From the NCBI GenBank assembly GCA_965205025.1, contig CBDBFU010000025.1, positions 1 to 64,000 on the forward strand: a stretch of DNA of 64,000 nucleotides. The letters are read 5' to 3'. This document shows positions 20,754 to 30,939 of this stretch, piece after piece. Position 1 is the stretch's first letter. Every line of letters starts with the position of its first letter. A program made the translations under genes and the position numbers. A model generated the notes under the pieces. The model worked only from the letters and a program-made list of their open reading frames with translations. It was not told where the DNA came from and made no database searches. This DNA is from Candidatus Poribacteria bacterium (lineage in GTDB: Bacteria > Poribacteria > WGA-4E > WGA-3G).

Positions 20754-21947
20754 TTAAGTCCTCCAGAAGGTTGAATCTTCAGTTGCTTGATATGATATGT
20801 CAAGGTGTGGTGTGTCTATCTTTGCTTCATTATCAAATAGACTATCAACACCCGCAGCAACGAGACCTGTTGTCAATAGTGTACGTTCAACTGGATATGT
20901 AGGTTCACCAGAAAGGAACATCTTTTCAATATTGTTCACCAGTGGTGAGAAAAAGTTCGCCAATGTTGTCCGAGCAGGTGGCATGGGAAGATACATCTGA
21001 GTTGAAAGAATGTCTTGATTGGATCCAATATAAGCAGCGAAGTTAAAATCTTGTACCAACCCATTCATCAATATCATTGTTGATTTGAGACCGTCGTTAT
21101 GTTCGTATTGATATGCAATGGGATCTTTGACAATTTCCTTCATTTCATCCAATGTTGGGAAGGGATTATTAAATCCTTGACGAGAGGGTGTAAGCGTATG
21201 ACTCCGAGAAAGTGCGGATTCAAACAATTCGCGGGACCAGAGTCTCTCATGATACACATTCCAAAATGATTCACCCCGATATGCCTGCAACCATTTTACT
21301 CCACTTTCACCACCTTCACGTCGTTCGACCATACATTGTAATGTCTCTAAGGCATGAAAATCATAACTATCTACACCGCCATATCCTACACAAACTCCTT
21401 CCGACACCGATGTTCCCAAAGGCATGTCAATTGATGGTGTACGCCAGGTAACAGGAAGTGACGATCCAGCCATAAATGCGAATCCCATTGACTGGGAAAT
21501 ATCGTACATCTCTTGTGCCCAATCCCAATTCCAAGATAAATGTTTATCAAGAAATACAGGTACACTTCTCCCACTATTCTCGAATACTTCAACCATTTCC
21601 ATGAAGTGTTCATAGCGTGGATATAGACGTTGACCTTTATCGTTAGACGGATATTCCCCATGTTCCCCGATTAGTAAAACACCGTCAACTGCCAGTTCTT
21701 CACCACCCAGGGTGAGTGCTTCTGCAATTGTACGATATCCTTTCATTGTTGGGAATCGTTCTAACCGATCTTTGCTGATGTCATTTTCTTTCACTTGTTC
21801 AACATAGAGTGAGACAAGATCCATTGGTGGATAATGATGTCGACTATTCCAACCATATCCTTCTAAGAATCGATCAACAATGTGTTGTGTATGTGCATAT
21901 TTATGGTAAATAGTTGTAATTGCCGCAATCTTTGGACGGTTATCCAT
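20754..21947 (-). CDS. Conserved hypothetical Gfo/Idh/MocA-like oxidoreductase (paralog 2)
   Basis: Same motifs as its neighbour: IGEHGEYP, FLDKHLS, GSSLPVTWR, YPVERTLL. Confidence 0.75.
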   Translation of the reverse strand: MDNRPKIAAITTIYHKYAHTQHIVDRFLEGYGWNSRHHYPPMDLVSLYVEQVKENDISKDRLERFPTMKGYRTIAEALTLGGEELAVDGVLLIGEHGEYPSNDKGQRLYPRYEHFMEMVEVFENSGRSVPVFLDKHLSWNWDWAQEMYDISQSMGFAFMAGSSLPVTWRTPSIDMPLGTSVSEGVCVGYGGVDSYDFHALETLQCMVERREGGESGVKWLQAYRGESFWNVYHERLWSRELFESALSRSHTLTPSRQGFNNPFPTLDEMKEIVKDPIAYQYEHNDGLKSTMILMNGLVQDFNFAAYIGSNQDILSTQMYLPMPPARTTLANFFSPLVNNIEKMFLSGEPTYPVERTLLTTGLVAAGVDSLFDNEAKIDTPHLDISYQATEDSTFWRT

Positions 21948-21962
21948 TCTTCCTCCTTCGTA

Positions 21963-22841
21963 TCAAACATTGTTCTTTGCCCATCTGTTGGGTCCAGGAC
22001 CGGGTTTATGTTCTTCACGAATCCTCTTAAATTCTTCGGGTGAGGTGACAACATTATTCGGTTTCAATGTACTTCGTGCAAGGAAACCAGCTTCGGGTTG
22101 ATATCCTGTGGGTTTGGCTGCATCCTGATAACGTGAATCAACACTCCAACGTACTTGGTGGCTGACATTTGGAATTGATCGATGGGGTGTAAGGTTTGTC
22201 AGCAATAATACACTTCCAAAATTAACGGGTATTACAACTGGTTCCACATCCGGGAATTCTTCATCCGGTATTTCAAGATAGAAGTTCTCTGGATTCTGTC
22301 GGTGAAGAAATACACCATCACGATGTGCATGTGGCATGACTTCAAGGCAACCATTTTCAATGGTAGCATCAATTAGTGGAATCCAAATTGTAAGTTGTAA
22401 GACAGAATCACATCTGGGTTCCATATAACCAGCATCTTGATGCCATGGGACTAATGTTCGAGCATGTTCAGGGAGTTTTGGTCTGACACGATATGCTGGA
22501 TGACACATTATCTCTGGACCAACAAGTGATTCAGCAATATCAAGTAGTTTAGGATTGATGAGTAGATCAAAGAGGGCAGCCCCGGTATGTGCACCACTAA
22601 AAACCTTTTGAAACACTGCAGGTGATTGTTCAGTAATTTTTGCTAAACGGGTGTCGAAACCTTCCTCTTTGAATTCAGAATCAATCTCACCATCTCCGAA
22701 AAGTTCTTTGGCACCAGTGTCAACAATCTGTTCAAACTCCTTAATGAGTGGAGTGAGATCATCAGAGGAAAGTGCATCTTCAACGAGTAAATAACCATTT
22801 TCATTGAAATCATGTATCTGAGAATTGGATAGAGTCTTCAT
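21963..22841 (-). CDS. Phytanoyl-CoA dioxygenase (PhyH) family protein
   Basis: FNENGYLLVE; PWHQD (HxD); WIPL...ENGCL; TPHRS...R. Confidence 0.9.
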   Translation of the reverse strand: MKTLSNSQIHDFNENGYLLVEDALSSDDLTPLIKEFEQIVDTGAKELFGDGEIDSEFKEEGFDTRLAKITEQSPAVFQKVFSGAHTGAALFDLLINPKLLDIAESLVGPEIMCHPAYRVRPKLPEHARTLVPWHQDAGYMEPRCDSVLQLTIWIPLIDATIENGCLEVMPHAHRDGVFLHRQNPENFYLEIPDEEFPDVEPVVIPVNFGSVLLLTNLTPHRSIPNVSHQVRWSVDSRYQDAAKPTGYQPEAGFLARSTLKPNNVVTSPEEFKRIREEHKPGPGPNRWAKNNV

Positions 22842-22848
22842 AATATCT

Positions 22849-23268
22849 TTAAATCTGAACGAGTTCTATTAGTATTCCATCTGGATCTTTTGTACAAGCC
22901 ACACCCACTGCATCAGGTGCACTAATCGGTTCAGATAGGAATTCCACTCCTTTCTGTTCTAAACTGTCAATAACATTCTGTATATCTTCAACAATAAACG
23001 TTAACCAACGTACCCCTGCAGAGAATTCATTCAATGGCGTAGGTGGCGGATTTTGTATATCCATCAGTTTGATAAGAGTGTTTCCTGCTTTCAGTCGTAC
23101 TTGACGAAACCCAGTTGGGGCAAGTCCTACATCAGTTGCAAGGTCGGATGGAATCTCTAAGTCCATTACAATTTCTAATCCCAATTTATTATGATAGAAA
23201 TCTAATGAAGCATCAAAATCACTACAAGTAATCGCTATATCAATAATTGGATGTGATAGATTTAACAC
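22849..23268 (-). CDS. VOC/glyoxalase family protein
   Basis: AITCSDFDASLDFY...LG; KDPDGILIELVQ. Confidence 0.88.
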   Translation of the reverse strand: MLNLSHPIIDIAITCSDFDASLDFYHNKLGLEIVMDLEIPSDLATDVGLAPTGFRQVRLKAGNTLIKLMDIQNPPPTPLNEFSAGVRWLTFIVEDIQNVIDSLEQKGVEFLSEPISAPDAVGVACTKDPDGILIELVQI

Positions 23269-23271
23269 AAA

Positions 23272-25107
23272 CTAACCTCCATTCACAACAAAGATTGCTT
23301 CTCGGAATTGTCCTAAAGGTTTATAATTGTATGTAATATCAAATGGTATCACTATACGAGTAGGTTCACTATTATTAAGAGAAGCAACCTTGGGTATTGG
23401 AATAGTAAAGTCAATACAACCATCCGATTTTGGTTCAACCATTATTTCTTTGAGGGGAATTTCAGCTTCCCAATCTTTAAGTAAAATAGGTTGAGCAATT
23501 AATGAACGAGATTCAGATGAATGATTGGTTACTTGGAGCTGTATGGAAACATCTTTTCCTGCTATAATTTCTTGTTCATAAGGATAACATCTTACCCACT
23601 GGTCATCCATCCCGTAGTTGGCATGATCCCAAGGAAATAGGTCGGTAAAACATTCTTCACGTTCAGATAGTGTATTTAACATAAAGTTGATTTCTGAATT
23701 CGTAAAATCAAACGCTGGATTCACATGACAGTTGAAAATATGGGTTGGTTCTAATTTTTTGATTAATTTTAAACATCTATCATAACCCACTCCATTACCG
23801 AGTAGATTTCTATTGCCTGCACAATAATCGTCTATACCTGCCATTGTAAATGAATCCCCACTAAAGAACATACTAACGTTCTTCCCCTCAACGAGCAACC
23901 CGCCATGGTAGTATGTCTGTCCGGGAAAATGGTAGGCTGTCATTGTAAACTCATTCCATTGCCATGAGTCACCATTTTGAGTGACTCTGTCTACGCGTGT
24001 TTCAGCAGGAGATATACATGGAAGACGGTATGCCTTAGGATTTACAATTACATCAGCAACGACTGAATCAGTTATCGTTTCACAAGGAAAGGTTTGTTGA
24101 AATTCCGGTATTCCATTCACATGGTCATCGTGGTAATGTGTGACCCAGAACTGTGTCACGTGAGAAATATCACCATCGTCTTGCATCTGTTGTATCTGTG
24201 TTACGATATTAGGTGATCCACAATCCATGACAAAAGCTTCTTTTGTGTTGGAAATAATTATCCAAGTCGTGCCGATATGTCGTAGGAAATCTGGGGGTGG
24301 TTTCCCTTCCCGAATCTGCATGTGATCATCTCGGTCATTGAATTCAGCAAACATATCAGGAAAATAGTGTCTAAGTGCAGAAATTGATACATACTTATCG
24401 TAGCAAATGTCTATCTGATTATATAGCTTGGTTATTGCAGCATCAGGATTCTCTATTATTTTACCATGTGTAGGTATAAGTACTGTAGGGGATACTTGTT
24501 TGACCTTTTCCAAACTATCCTTCAATTCATCTCTTGCACCCAGAAAACCGTGGTAATCAGTGGTCTGTTGTCCTTTTTGTAGACTATAAAGATCCCAAAT
24601 TTTCCCTTCATCATAGATCAGGTCCCCAGTAAAAGCCATCAACTGATCATCAATATCAACCAGATACGTCACACTTCCATCAGTATGTCCAGGGGTATCA
24701 AACACAGAAATTACAGCCGGTCCCCATTCAAACTGGGTGCCTTCAGAATAGGTATCAGATACAGGAATAGAACGGGGTAGCATGAGATTATGGGGGTGGC
24801 AGTTGTATAAGTGCCATCTATATTTGGAATCATTCCAAAATGACTCCACATTAGAGAACCACTGTTCCTCAGCTGCTGGTACTCCGATACGTACATTCTC
24901 AGGTATATAGAATCCAGAAGTATTATCCCTATGGTGGTGAGTGTATATAATCTGGTCAATATGGGTTATCCCCAAATCATCAAGAGTTTCTTGTAAAGCA
25001 TTACCACTGGGGTCAATTAGTAGTGTACGTGTTCCATCTCTGATAATACCTGTATTCACATGATCGTGATTAACAAATAAATGAGGACTCAATTTGGAAT
25101 ATGGCAT
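23272..25107 (-). CDS. Tandem MBL-fold metallo-hydrolase with C-terminal Ig-like domain
   Basis: THHHRDN...TPGHT...TGD...PTHG in the first domain; THYHDDH...PGQT...SGD in the second. Confidence 0.85.
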   Translation of the reverse strand: MPYSKLSPHLFVNHDHVNTGIIRDGTRTLLIDPSGNALQETLDDLGITHIDQIIYTHHHRDNTSGFYIPENVRIGVPAAEEQWFSNVESFWNDSKYRWHLYNCHPHNLMLPRSIPVSDTYSEGTQFEWGPAVISVFDTPGHTDGSVTYLVDIDDQLMAFTGDLIYDEGKIWDLYSLQKGQQTTDYHGFLGARDELKDSLEKVKQVSPTVLIPTHGKIIENPDAAITKLYNQIDICYDKYVSISALRHYFPDMFAEFNDRDDHMQIREGKPPPDFLRHIGTTWIIISNTKEAFVMDCGSPNIVTQIQQMQDDGDISHVTQFWVTHYHDDHVNGIPEFQQTFPCETITDSVVADVIVNPKAYRLPCISPAETRVDRVTQNGDSWQWNEFTMTAYHFPGQTYYHGGLLVEGKNVSMFFSGDSFTMAGIDDYCAGNRNLLGNGVGYDRCLKLIKKLEPTHIFNCHVNPAFDFTNSEINFMLNTLSEREECFTDLFPWDHANYGMDDQWVRCYPYEQEIIAGKDVSIQLQVTNHSSESRSLIAQPILLKDWEAEIPLKEIMVEPKSDGCIDFTIPIPKVASLNNSEPTRIVIPFDITYNYKPLGQFREAIFVVNGG

Positions 25108-25202
25108 TCATATTTCCTTTTTTGAAGTATGATTCAGAAAAGTATCATTATAATAGCAGAATTGTGGGGAATGTAATTATACTTATCTCTCTAATTTATC
25201 AT

Positions 25203-26597
25203 TTACTGGTTAATTAATTCTTTCATATCTTTTTCAATGATGGCAATTCTGGGTTTATGAGCCGGAGATCCACTGAAATCAACGAAACGCCACTTGCCAT
25301 CCCAACTGGATATAGCATAATGCTTGTCATTACCTGATCCTGCAGGTTCATAGACGTTTTTATATAACCAGTTCGTATAATCAAATGTTTCACCAGAATC
25401 CCACTTCCAGATCTTTTCTTTCGGACTATATAGCAGACCTAACCAAAATGTTGAGTTTTTAAAAACTACATTAAGCCAATTTTGTTCCTCTTCACTTGTA
25501 ATAGTAAGTAGGTAGGCATTTTCAGCAATGGCTATTTCTTTAGCTTCTTTACCACTCTCACATGTAACTGCCTTGTAGCCGTGTTTATTCTCAGGATTGA
25601 CAACCCAAACGGTTGGTATATTTGATATTGGATTATAATGATTTTCTACTTTATCAACACTCTCAATAATTACATCTGTAATATCGTTTGGATTTCCATT
25701 CAATGTCAATATCATTCCTTCATGATGTTGATTATGAGATAAATAGAATAGTTCTGAATAAGCAGATAGTCCTCTATATTTAATTCCCCATCCATGAATA
25801 CCTGGTGAATAAACAGAATGATTGAACATTCCATTTGAATCAGTTTCAATATTGAAATTCAATGGATATCCTTGTGTCGTATCTTGAGTCAACCTTCCAC
25901 CCTTGACTTCTAAAGATACATTTGCTAATGGTGTACCATCCAAAAATTGGATCTTACCGGACACATTGATAGGTTTCTTTTCTTTTGTATTCATGATAAT
26001 ATCAATATCTTCAATATCTGAACCAGGTTTAATTGCGAATGTGACCGCTCCTGTAATAGAATTGGGAAGGAATTGGTATGGATAAAAGAATACTTTTCCA
26101 TATCGAATTGCATTTATTTCTTGTGATGGTCTATAATCCTTGAGTTTTGGTTCGGCTATTTTCGAGTCTTCTTCTTGTATAAGTTCAGATAATACCATTA
26201 ATTGGACTGTACCAGATACAATTTTTCTAATTGTAAATTCTCCCTCTAAATTTGTCTTAGTCATTAGAAAAGGTGGTTGGGGAAGCAATTGTTGTTCGTC
26301 TGGTATTACTTCTCCCAATTCATCATGAAAACTGGATGAACGCTGTCTTAAAAAAGGATATCGAGATCTGTCATATAATGTATCTAACTCACTAAATTCT
26401 CCAAACGTAACATAGAGAAGAACTACTGTTGTTGGCGCAACCGGTTCACCATAAGGAGTAATTACTCGTCCAGTTAATGTTGCTGGTTTTTCCTCAGCTG
26501 CGAATGAAGAATTACCGAAAGTGAAAAATAAACTTAAAAAGGTCGAAATTGTAACACACTTTATTAGGTATTTATTACTGTGGGATAGAATCATCAT
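25203..26597 (-). CDS. Secreted carboxypeptidase-regulatory-like plus C-type lectin domain protein (array member 4)
   Basis: Signal peptide; LTGRV...GEPV beta-sandwich; WVVNPENKHGY...LLTITSEEEQNWL...FWLGL...YTNW. Start codon uncertain. Confidence 0.8.
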   Translation of the reverse strand: MMILSHSNKYLIKCVTISTFLSLFFTFGNSSFAAEEKPATLTGRVITPYGEPVAPTTVVLLYVTFGEFSELDTLYDRSRYPFLRQRSSSFHDELGEVIPDEQQLLPQPPFLMTKTNLEGEFTIRKIVSGTVQLMVLSELIQEEDSKIAEPKLKDYRPSQEINAIRYGKVFFYPYQFLPNSITGAVTFAIKPGSDIEDIDIIMNTKEKKPINVSGKIQFLDGTPLANVSLEVKGGRLTQDTTQGYPLNFNIETDSNGMFNHSVYSPGIHGWGIKYRGLSAYSELFYLSHNQHHEGMILTLNGNPNDITDVIIESVDKVENHYNPISNIPTVWVVNPENKHGYKAVTCESGKEAKEIAIAENAYLLTITSEEEQNWLNVVFKNSTFWLGLLYSPKEKIWKWDSGETFDYTNWLYKNVYEPAGSGNDKHYAISSWDGKWRFVDFSGSPAHKPRIAIIEKDMKELINQ

Positions 26598-27786
26598 GCA
26601 TGCCTTTTTCAATGATTGCATATTTTATGACACGACTTAGAATGTTACCGGGTTCAATTGCGACCCATTTCTTATTTGAGAAATCCATAATAACTCCAAT
26701 CGTCTTGTTTCCAGTAGTCGGATAATTTGGTCTCTTGCCGGTTCTCCAATTCTCATAAGTAAGTGGTTGTTTATTATCCCAAATCCACTGTCCATCTTGC
26801 TTAGGTAAACTTAGACCTATCCAGAAACAGGTTTTCTCAGGAAATAGATTCTCAATCCATTTCTGTTCAACTTCATCATTGATAATAAGAAGATTGGCAT
26901 TTTCGGCTTGTGCTATTGTTTTGGCATTCAGCAAACTATAACAATGAATCTTCTTATACAATCTTCCAGTAGATGGGTTCTGTATCCATACTGTTTCAGG
27001 CTTTTTCTTTCTTTTATCATCTTTCACTACAAAAACAAGATCATCATATCGTTCTCCATCTTTAAGATTGATATCATTAGATGTATGCGTAAAACCATTA
27101 TAATTTATCGTCACGGTATATTTTGCAGGTTTGTCTTGCGAATATGTAACGAAATATCCTTCATTGTCAGTCATAAAGGATCTTTTTAGACTTCCACCAC
27201 TACTTCCTCTTCCTCCACCAGGTAGAATGTGTTCTCTAAAGGAATGAATTGAGAGTTCAATCTTCTCATTAATCAAGGGTGTTCCATCTTCAAGAAGAAC
27301 TTGTCCTCTAATTCTCATTCGGGGAGTCTTCACATTGACTGTTACATTCTCAAGGTGTTCACCCGGGGCAACAGAGAAGACAATTTTCCCAAATGATACT
27401 GGCATTGCTCTTCGAAAGGCGATGGAGTATATAATTACATCCCCAATTTCAACGGAGATAATTTCATGATCAGATCCATGTTCAGGAAACAAAATGAATT
27501 GCGAGGAAACTGGTTCAATATTAGGTATAGAAAAACGTCCTTCCTTATCTGTAACATCTCTCAACCACGTCGGGAAAGGTGTACGTTGTTTCAAACCACC
27601 TCTCTCAACTTTACCAGGTTTTACGGCAATTACTATATTTGTAACCGGTTTACCATCAGCATCTATTACCTGTCCAGAAACACGTGACAAGTCTTGCTGT
27701 GCAAAACACACTGAGATAGAACTGAACATGCAGATAAATAGAATGTGAAGAAAAGCATACTTGGAATGTGTATAAGTCATATTCAT
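26575..27786 (-). CDS. Secreted carboxypeptidase-regulatory-like plus C-type lectin domain protein (array member 3)
   Basis: VSGQVIDADGKPV; INDEVEQKWI...FWIGL...YENW. Confidence 0.82.
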   Translation of the reverse strand: MNMTYTHSKYAFLHILFICMFSSISVCFAQQDLSRVSGQVIDADGKPVTNIVIAVKPGKVERGGLKQRTPFPTWLRDVTDKEGRFSIPNIEPVSSQFILFPEHGSDHEIISVEIGDVIIYSIAFRRAMPVSFGKIVFSVAPGEHLENVTVNVKTPRMRIRGQVLLEDGTPLINEKIELSIHSFREHILPGGGRGSSGGSLKRSFMTDNEGYFVTYSQDKPAKYTVTINYNGFTHTSNDINLKDGERYDDLVFVVKDDKRKKKPETVWIQNPSTGRLYKKIHCYSLLNAKTIAQAENANLLIINDEVEQKWIENLFPEKTCFWIGLSLPKQDGQWIWDNKQPLTYENWRTGKRPNYPTTGNKTIGVIMDFSNKKWVAIEPGNILSRVIKYAIIEKGMHDDSIPQ

Positions 27787-29015
27787 TCTATTTTTTTCTC
27801 CAAGATTGCCATTGATACCTGACCAACTCGACGTCCGCCAGTATTAATACCCTTCACCCATTTTCCACTTACATCTCCCCATGTAGCATCACCAGACAAA
27901 ATTGCATGATCATTCATTTCGTCTTCATGATGGGGTCTTCTATCCTCATTACCTAAGAAATTCAAAAAAGATAGAGGATGTTTTGTGAGTCGAAGCAGGT
28001 CTTTCTCAGGTACACCCCAATTGGTATAGGTTACAGGTTCGCCTGTCTCCCATTCCCATTTCCCTTCTATATTAGAATCCGTTAATCCAATCCAGTATGC
28101 TCTATGAGTAAAAACAGACTCAAGCCATATCTGTTCTTCCTCAGTTGTAATGGAAACAAGATGAGCGTTTTCTTTATTTGCAATGACTTTCGCATCAATC
28201 CAATCCTTACATTTAATCCATTTGTATGCATGACCATTTTCAGGGTTTACAATCCAAACCCCGGGTATATCTGGAACTCCATAATAGTCTCGGGAACTAT
28301 TATCATTTGATAAGTCAGTCACAAGTTCATCCAGATCATTAGGACCACCATCTAATCTTAACACTATGGATTCATGCTGTATATTTTCATCAATGAAGAA
28401 AGGTGTTGATTCGAACTTTAATCCACGATAGTTAATGGATAATACATATACGCCTTGTGAGTATACAATATTTTTGAAATTTCCTTTCGAATCGGTCTGT
28501 AAGGTCTTTTTAAACCTGGATCCACTATCAGACCCAGTTGATAATGTATCAAAGTTAATCTGTACAAAAGTATCGGCGAGTGGCTTACCGTCCTTGAACA
28601 CAATCTGGCCTTTGATCCTAAGTCGAGGTGATGCAATGACTTCAATGTTATCAATATTTGATCCTGGTTTTAAAGCATAATTGAGGGTATCAAGCCGATC
28701 CCATCCATGATAGTAGAATGCTATATTACCAAACTTGATTGCACGAACATTAATCTTGTCATAAATGTTAAATTGGGTATGGCTTGAAGGTATATTCATG
28801 ATAGTAAACCGTCCATTAGAATCAGTAGTTGATATTATAACTCCAATTCCAATAGCAATATCAGATATTGGTTCACCATTTGATGTAATGACTCGACCGG
28901 AAACCATTGCAGGTTGATTCTGTGCGTTAGCTTCTCCTGTAATTAGTAGAATTGGAACAAGAGTAATTATTGACAATATGAATTTACAGATTCTATTGTT
29001 AATATATGACATCAT
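27783..29015 (-). CDS. Secreted carboxypeptidase-regulatory-like plus C-type lectin domain protein (array member 2)
   Basis: VSGRVITSNGEPI; HLVSITTEEEQIWL...YWIGLTD...WEWETGEPVTYTNW. Confidence 0.85.
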   Translation of the reverse strand: MMSYINNRICKFILSIITLVPILLITGEANAQNQPAMVSGRVITSNGEPISDIAIGIGVIISTTDSNGRFTIMNIPSSHTQFNIYDKINVRAIKFGNIAFYYHGWDRLDTLNYALKPGSNIDNIEVIASPRLRIKGQIVFKDGKPLADTFVQINFDTLSTGSDSGSRFKKTLQTDSKGNFKNIVYSQGVYVLSINYRGLKFESTPFFIDENIQHESIVLRLDGGPNDLDELVTDLSNDNSSRDYYGVPDIPGVWIVNPENGHAYKWIKCKDWIDAKVIANKENAHLVSITTEEEQIWLESVFTHRAYWIGLTDSNIEGKWEWETGEPVTYTNWGVPEKDLLRLTKHPLSFLNFLGNEDRRPHHEDEMNDHAILSGDATWGDVSGKWVKGINTGGRRVGQVSMAILEKKIE

Positions 29016-29124
29016 GGAAATCTCCTTTTACTGAGAAGAATTACTACTGATGGAGAATAGTTAATTGAATATAGGTATAAAATGTCCAATTATTGAATTA
29101 TTTTAAACTCCTCAAACCTATAGA

Positions 29125-30351
29125 TTAAAATTTATCCTTTTCCAATATTGCATGCTTGACGAATTGGTAGAGAGGGTTGTTATCCTCTATTGGAATCCAT
29201 TTCTTATTAGAAAAAAGAAGTGCTACCGATACATTCGATTTACCGTTGTATTCCTTTTGATATATATCGGTATGCCAATTTGTATATTTGATAGGATTTC
29301 CGTTATTCCACATCCATGACTTATCTTTTTCAGGCGTCTGTAAACCAATCCAAAAGAATACTCTTTTCGTAAATCTTGCCTCTATCCATTTCTGTTCTGC
29401 TTCATCTTCTATCGTAAGAAGATATGCATTTTCCGCTTTTGCTTTTATTAAGGCATCATTCCAACTACTACATTCTATTTTTTTATATGCATGGTTGTTT
29501 TCAGGATTGACTGACCACATTTCCTTACGCATTTTCTCTCTATCTTCTTGTAGTTTAAGCTCTTTTTTAAGACCTTTTAGTCGTAAAGTGAGATTATCTT
29601 TACGTTGTCCTTTTTTGAGTCGAAACCATCTCGTTTTAGCATATACCCCCTTGTACTTAACCGACACACAGTATTCCTCATTATCATCAGGGGCATAGGA
29701 AACATAATATCCATGTGCATCTGTTGTGACAATTCTTCCTGAAGATCCTCCACTTCCACCAGAACTAAAGAAAAATAGGAATGTGTCCCGGTCTCTTCTG
29801 TGTACAGTTAAACTTATCTCTGTATTTGTAAGTGGTGTTCCATCATTGAAGAGTATTCTACCACTGACACGCATTCTCGGTTCTTGTACATTTACAATTA
29901 CATCTTCAACTGACTGTCCTGGATCAATTGCAAATGTTGGTTTTCCAAACCAAGTGGGGTGACTTTGACGAAAGGCTGTAGAATGAATGGAAATATCCCC
30001 AATCTCAATCGAGATTATCTCATAAGGTGACCCAAGTTCTGGTAGAATGACGAATCGTGATGGACCAGGTGATATGTTAGTTAGTCTAAATGAACCATCC
30101 TTATCTGTTGCGGTTTTAGACCAAGATGAAAACGGTTCACGCAATCCTTCTTCGGATCCTCTTTTCATTATAACAGGTTTGATGGCAAGATCTATACCTG
30201 CAACCGGATCACCTTTTGAATCCACCACATGACCAGAGATGCTTGATTTATTATCCTGAGCACGAGTATGCCAACAAACTGCGAAGGAAAGGATTAGAAT
30301 TACAATGAAAATGTAGGAATGTCTATGATATAGGCTTTTCATTATCTTCAC
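29125..30351 (-). CDS. Secreted carboxypeptidase-regulatory-like plus C-type lectin domain protein (array member 1)
   Basis: ISGHVVDSKGDPV; YLLTIEDEAEQKWI...FWIGL...YTNW. Confidence 0.82.
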   Translation of the reverse strand: MKIMKSLYHRHSYIFIVILILSFAVCWHTRAQDNKSSISGHVVDSKGDPVAGIDLAIKPVIMKRGSEEGLREPFSSWSKTATDKDGSFRLTNISPGPSRFVILPELGSPYEIISIEIGDISIHSTAFRQSHPTWFGKPTFAIDPGQSVEDVIVNVQEPRMRVSGRILFNDGTPLTNTEISLTVHRRDRDTFLFFFSSGGSGGSSGRIVTTDAHGYYVSYAPDDNEEYCVSVKYKGVYAKTRWFRLKKGQRKDNLTLRLKGLKKELKLQEDREKMRKEMWSVNPENNHAYKKIECSSWNDALIKAKAENAYLLTIEDEAEQKWIEARFTKRVFFWIGLQTPEKDKSWMWNNGNPIKYTNWHTDIYQKEYNGKSNVSVALLFSNKKWIPIEDNNPLYQFVKHAILEKDKF

Positions 30352-30526
30352 TCCTTATAGATTTAAATGAAAGTTAAACAAACTGTTTAGGGTTCTTGAT
30401 TCGGAGATCGCTTCTACAGAAGAGCAAATATTAGACCTAATTAAACGCTAAATTGACACCCTTGGTGTGGTTAAGAAATCGTATCTACCAGAGATATTAT
30501 TAATCAAAATGGTATAGGATAGCATC

Positions 30527-30925
30527 TTATAGAAATACCATTGGATTAACATCAAACTTGTTTGCTAAGGAATGAATATGTCTTACAGTTAATTCCGTAT
30601 CACCCGTTAGTATTGCTAATACAGTATTAGGAGGACCGAGTTCAGGAAAATCAGACGGTTCGAGATGAAGTTCTTCCATAAAATACTTTATGATCTCAAT
30701 TCCACTACATTCTGGAATTGGATGGTATTTCTCTTCATAAGCATGTATGAGAGTTCCAAGTATATCAAGCAGTTCATAGAGTGGGTGCTCTTCATTTGTC
30801 CCTACTTCATCAACCAACTCATTTAAAGCTGCAACCGCTTTTTTGTATTCGACTTCATTTCGTATTGAAAAGAGTGGTTGAACTACCTGCCAATGAGTCT
30901 GTATATCTTTACCAATGATATTCAT
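30527..30925 (-). CDS. HigA-type antitoxin / XRE HTH transcriptional regulator
   Basis: IRNEVEY...LLDILGTLIHAYEEKYHPI...LTVRHIHSLANKFDVNP, the pattern of E. coli-type HigA. Confidence 0.8.
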   Translation of the reverse strand: MNIIGKDIQTHWQVVQPLFSIRNEVEYKKAVAALNELVDEVGTNEEHPLYELLDILGTLIHAYEEKYHPIPECSGIEIIKYFMEELHLEPSDFPELGPPNTVLAILTGDTELTVRHIHSLANKFDVNPMVFL

Positions 30926-30939
30926 TCTTCCGAAATAAA

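Noticed and set aside
25203-30351. C-type lectin genes as diversity-generating retroelement targets
   Set aside because: I found no reverse transcriptase and no TR/VR pair with adenine-specific differences in the window.
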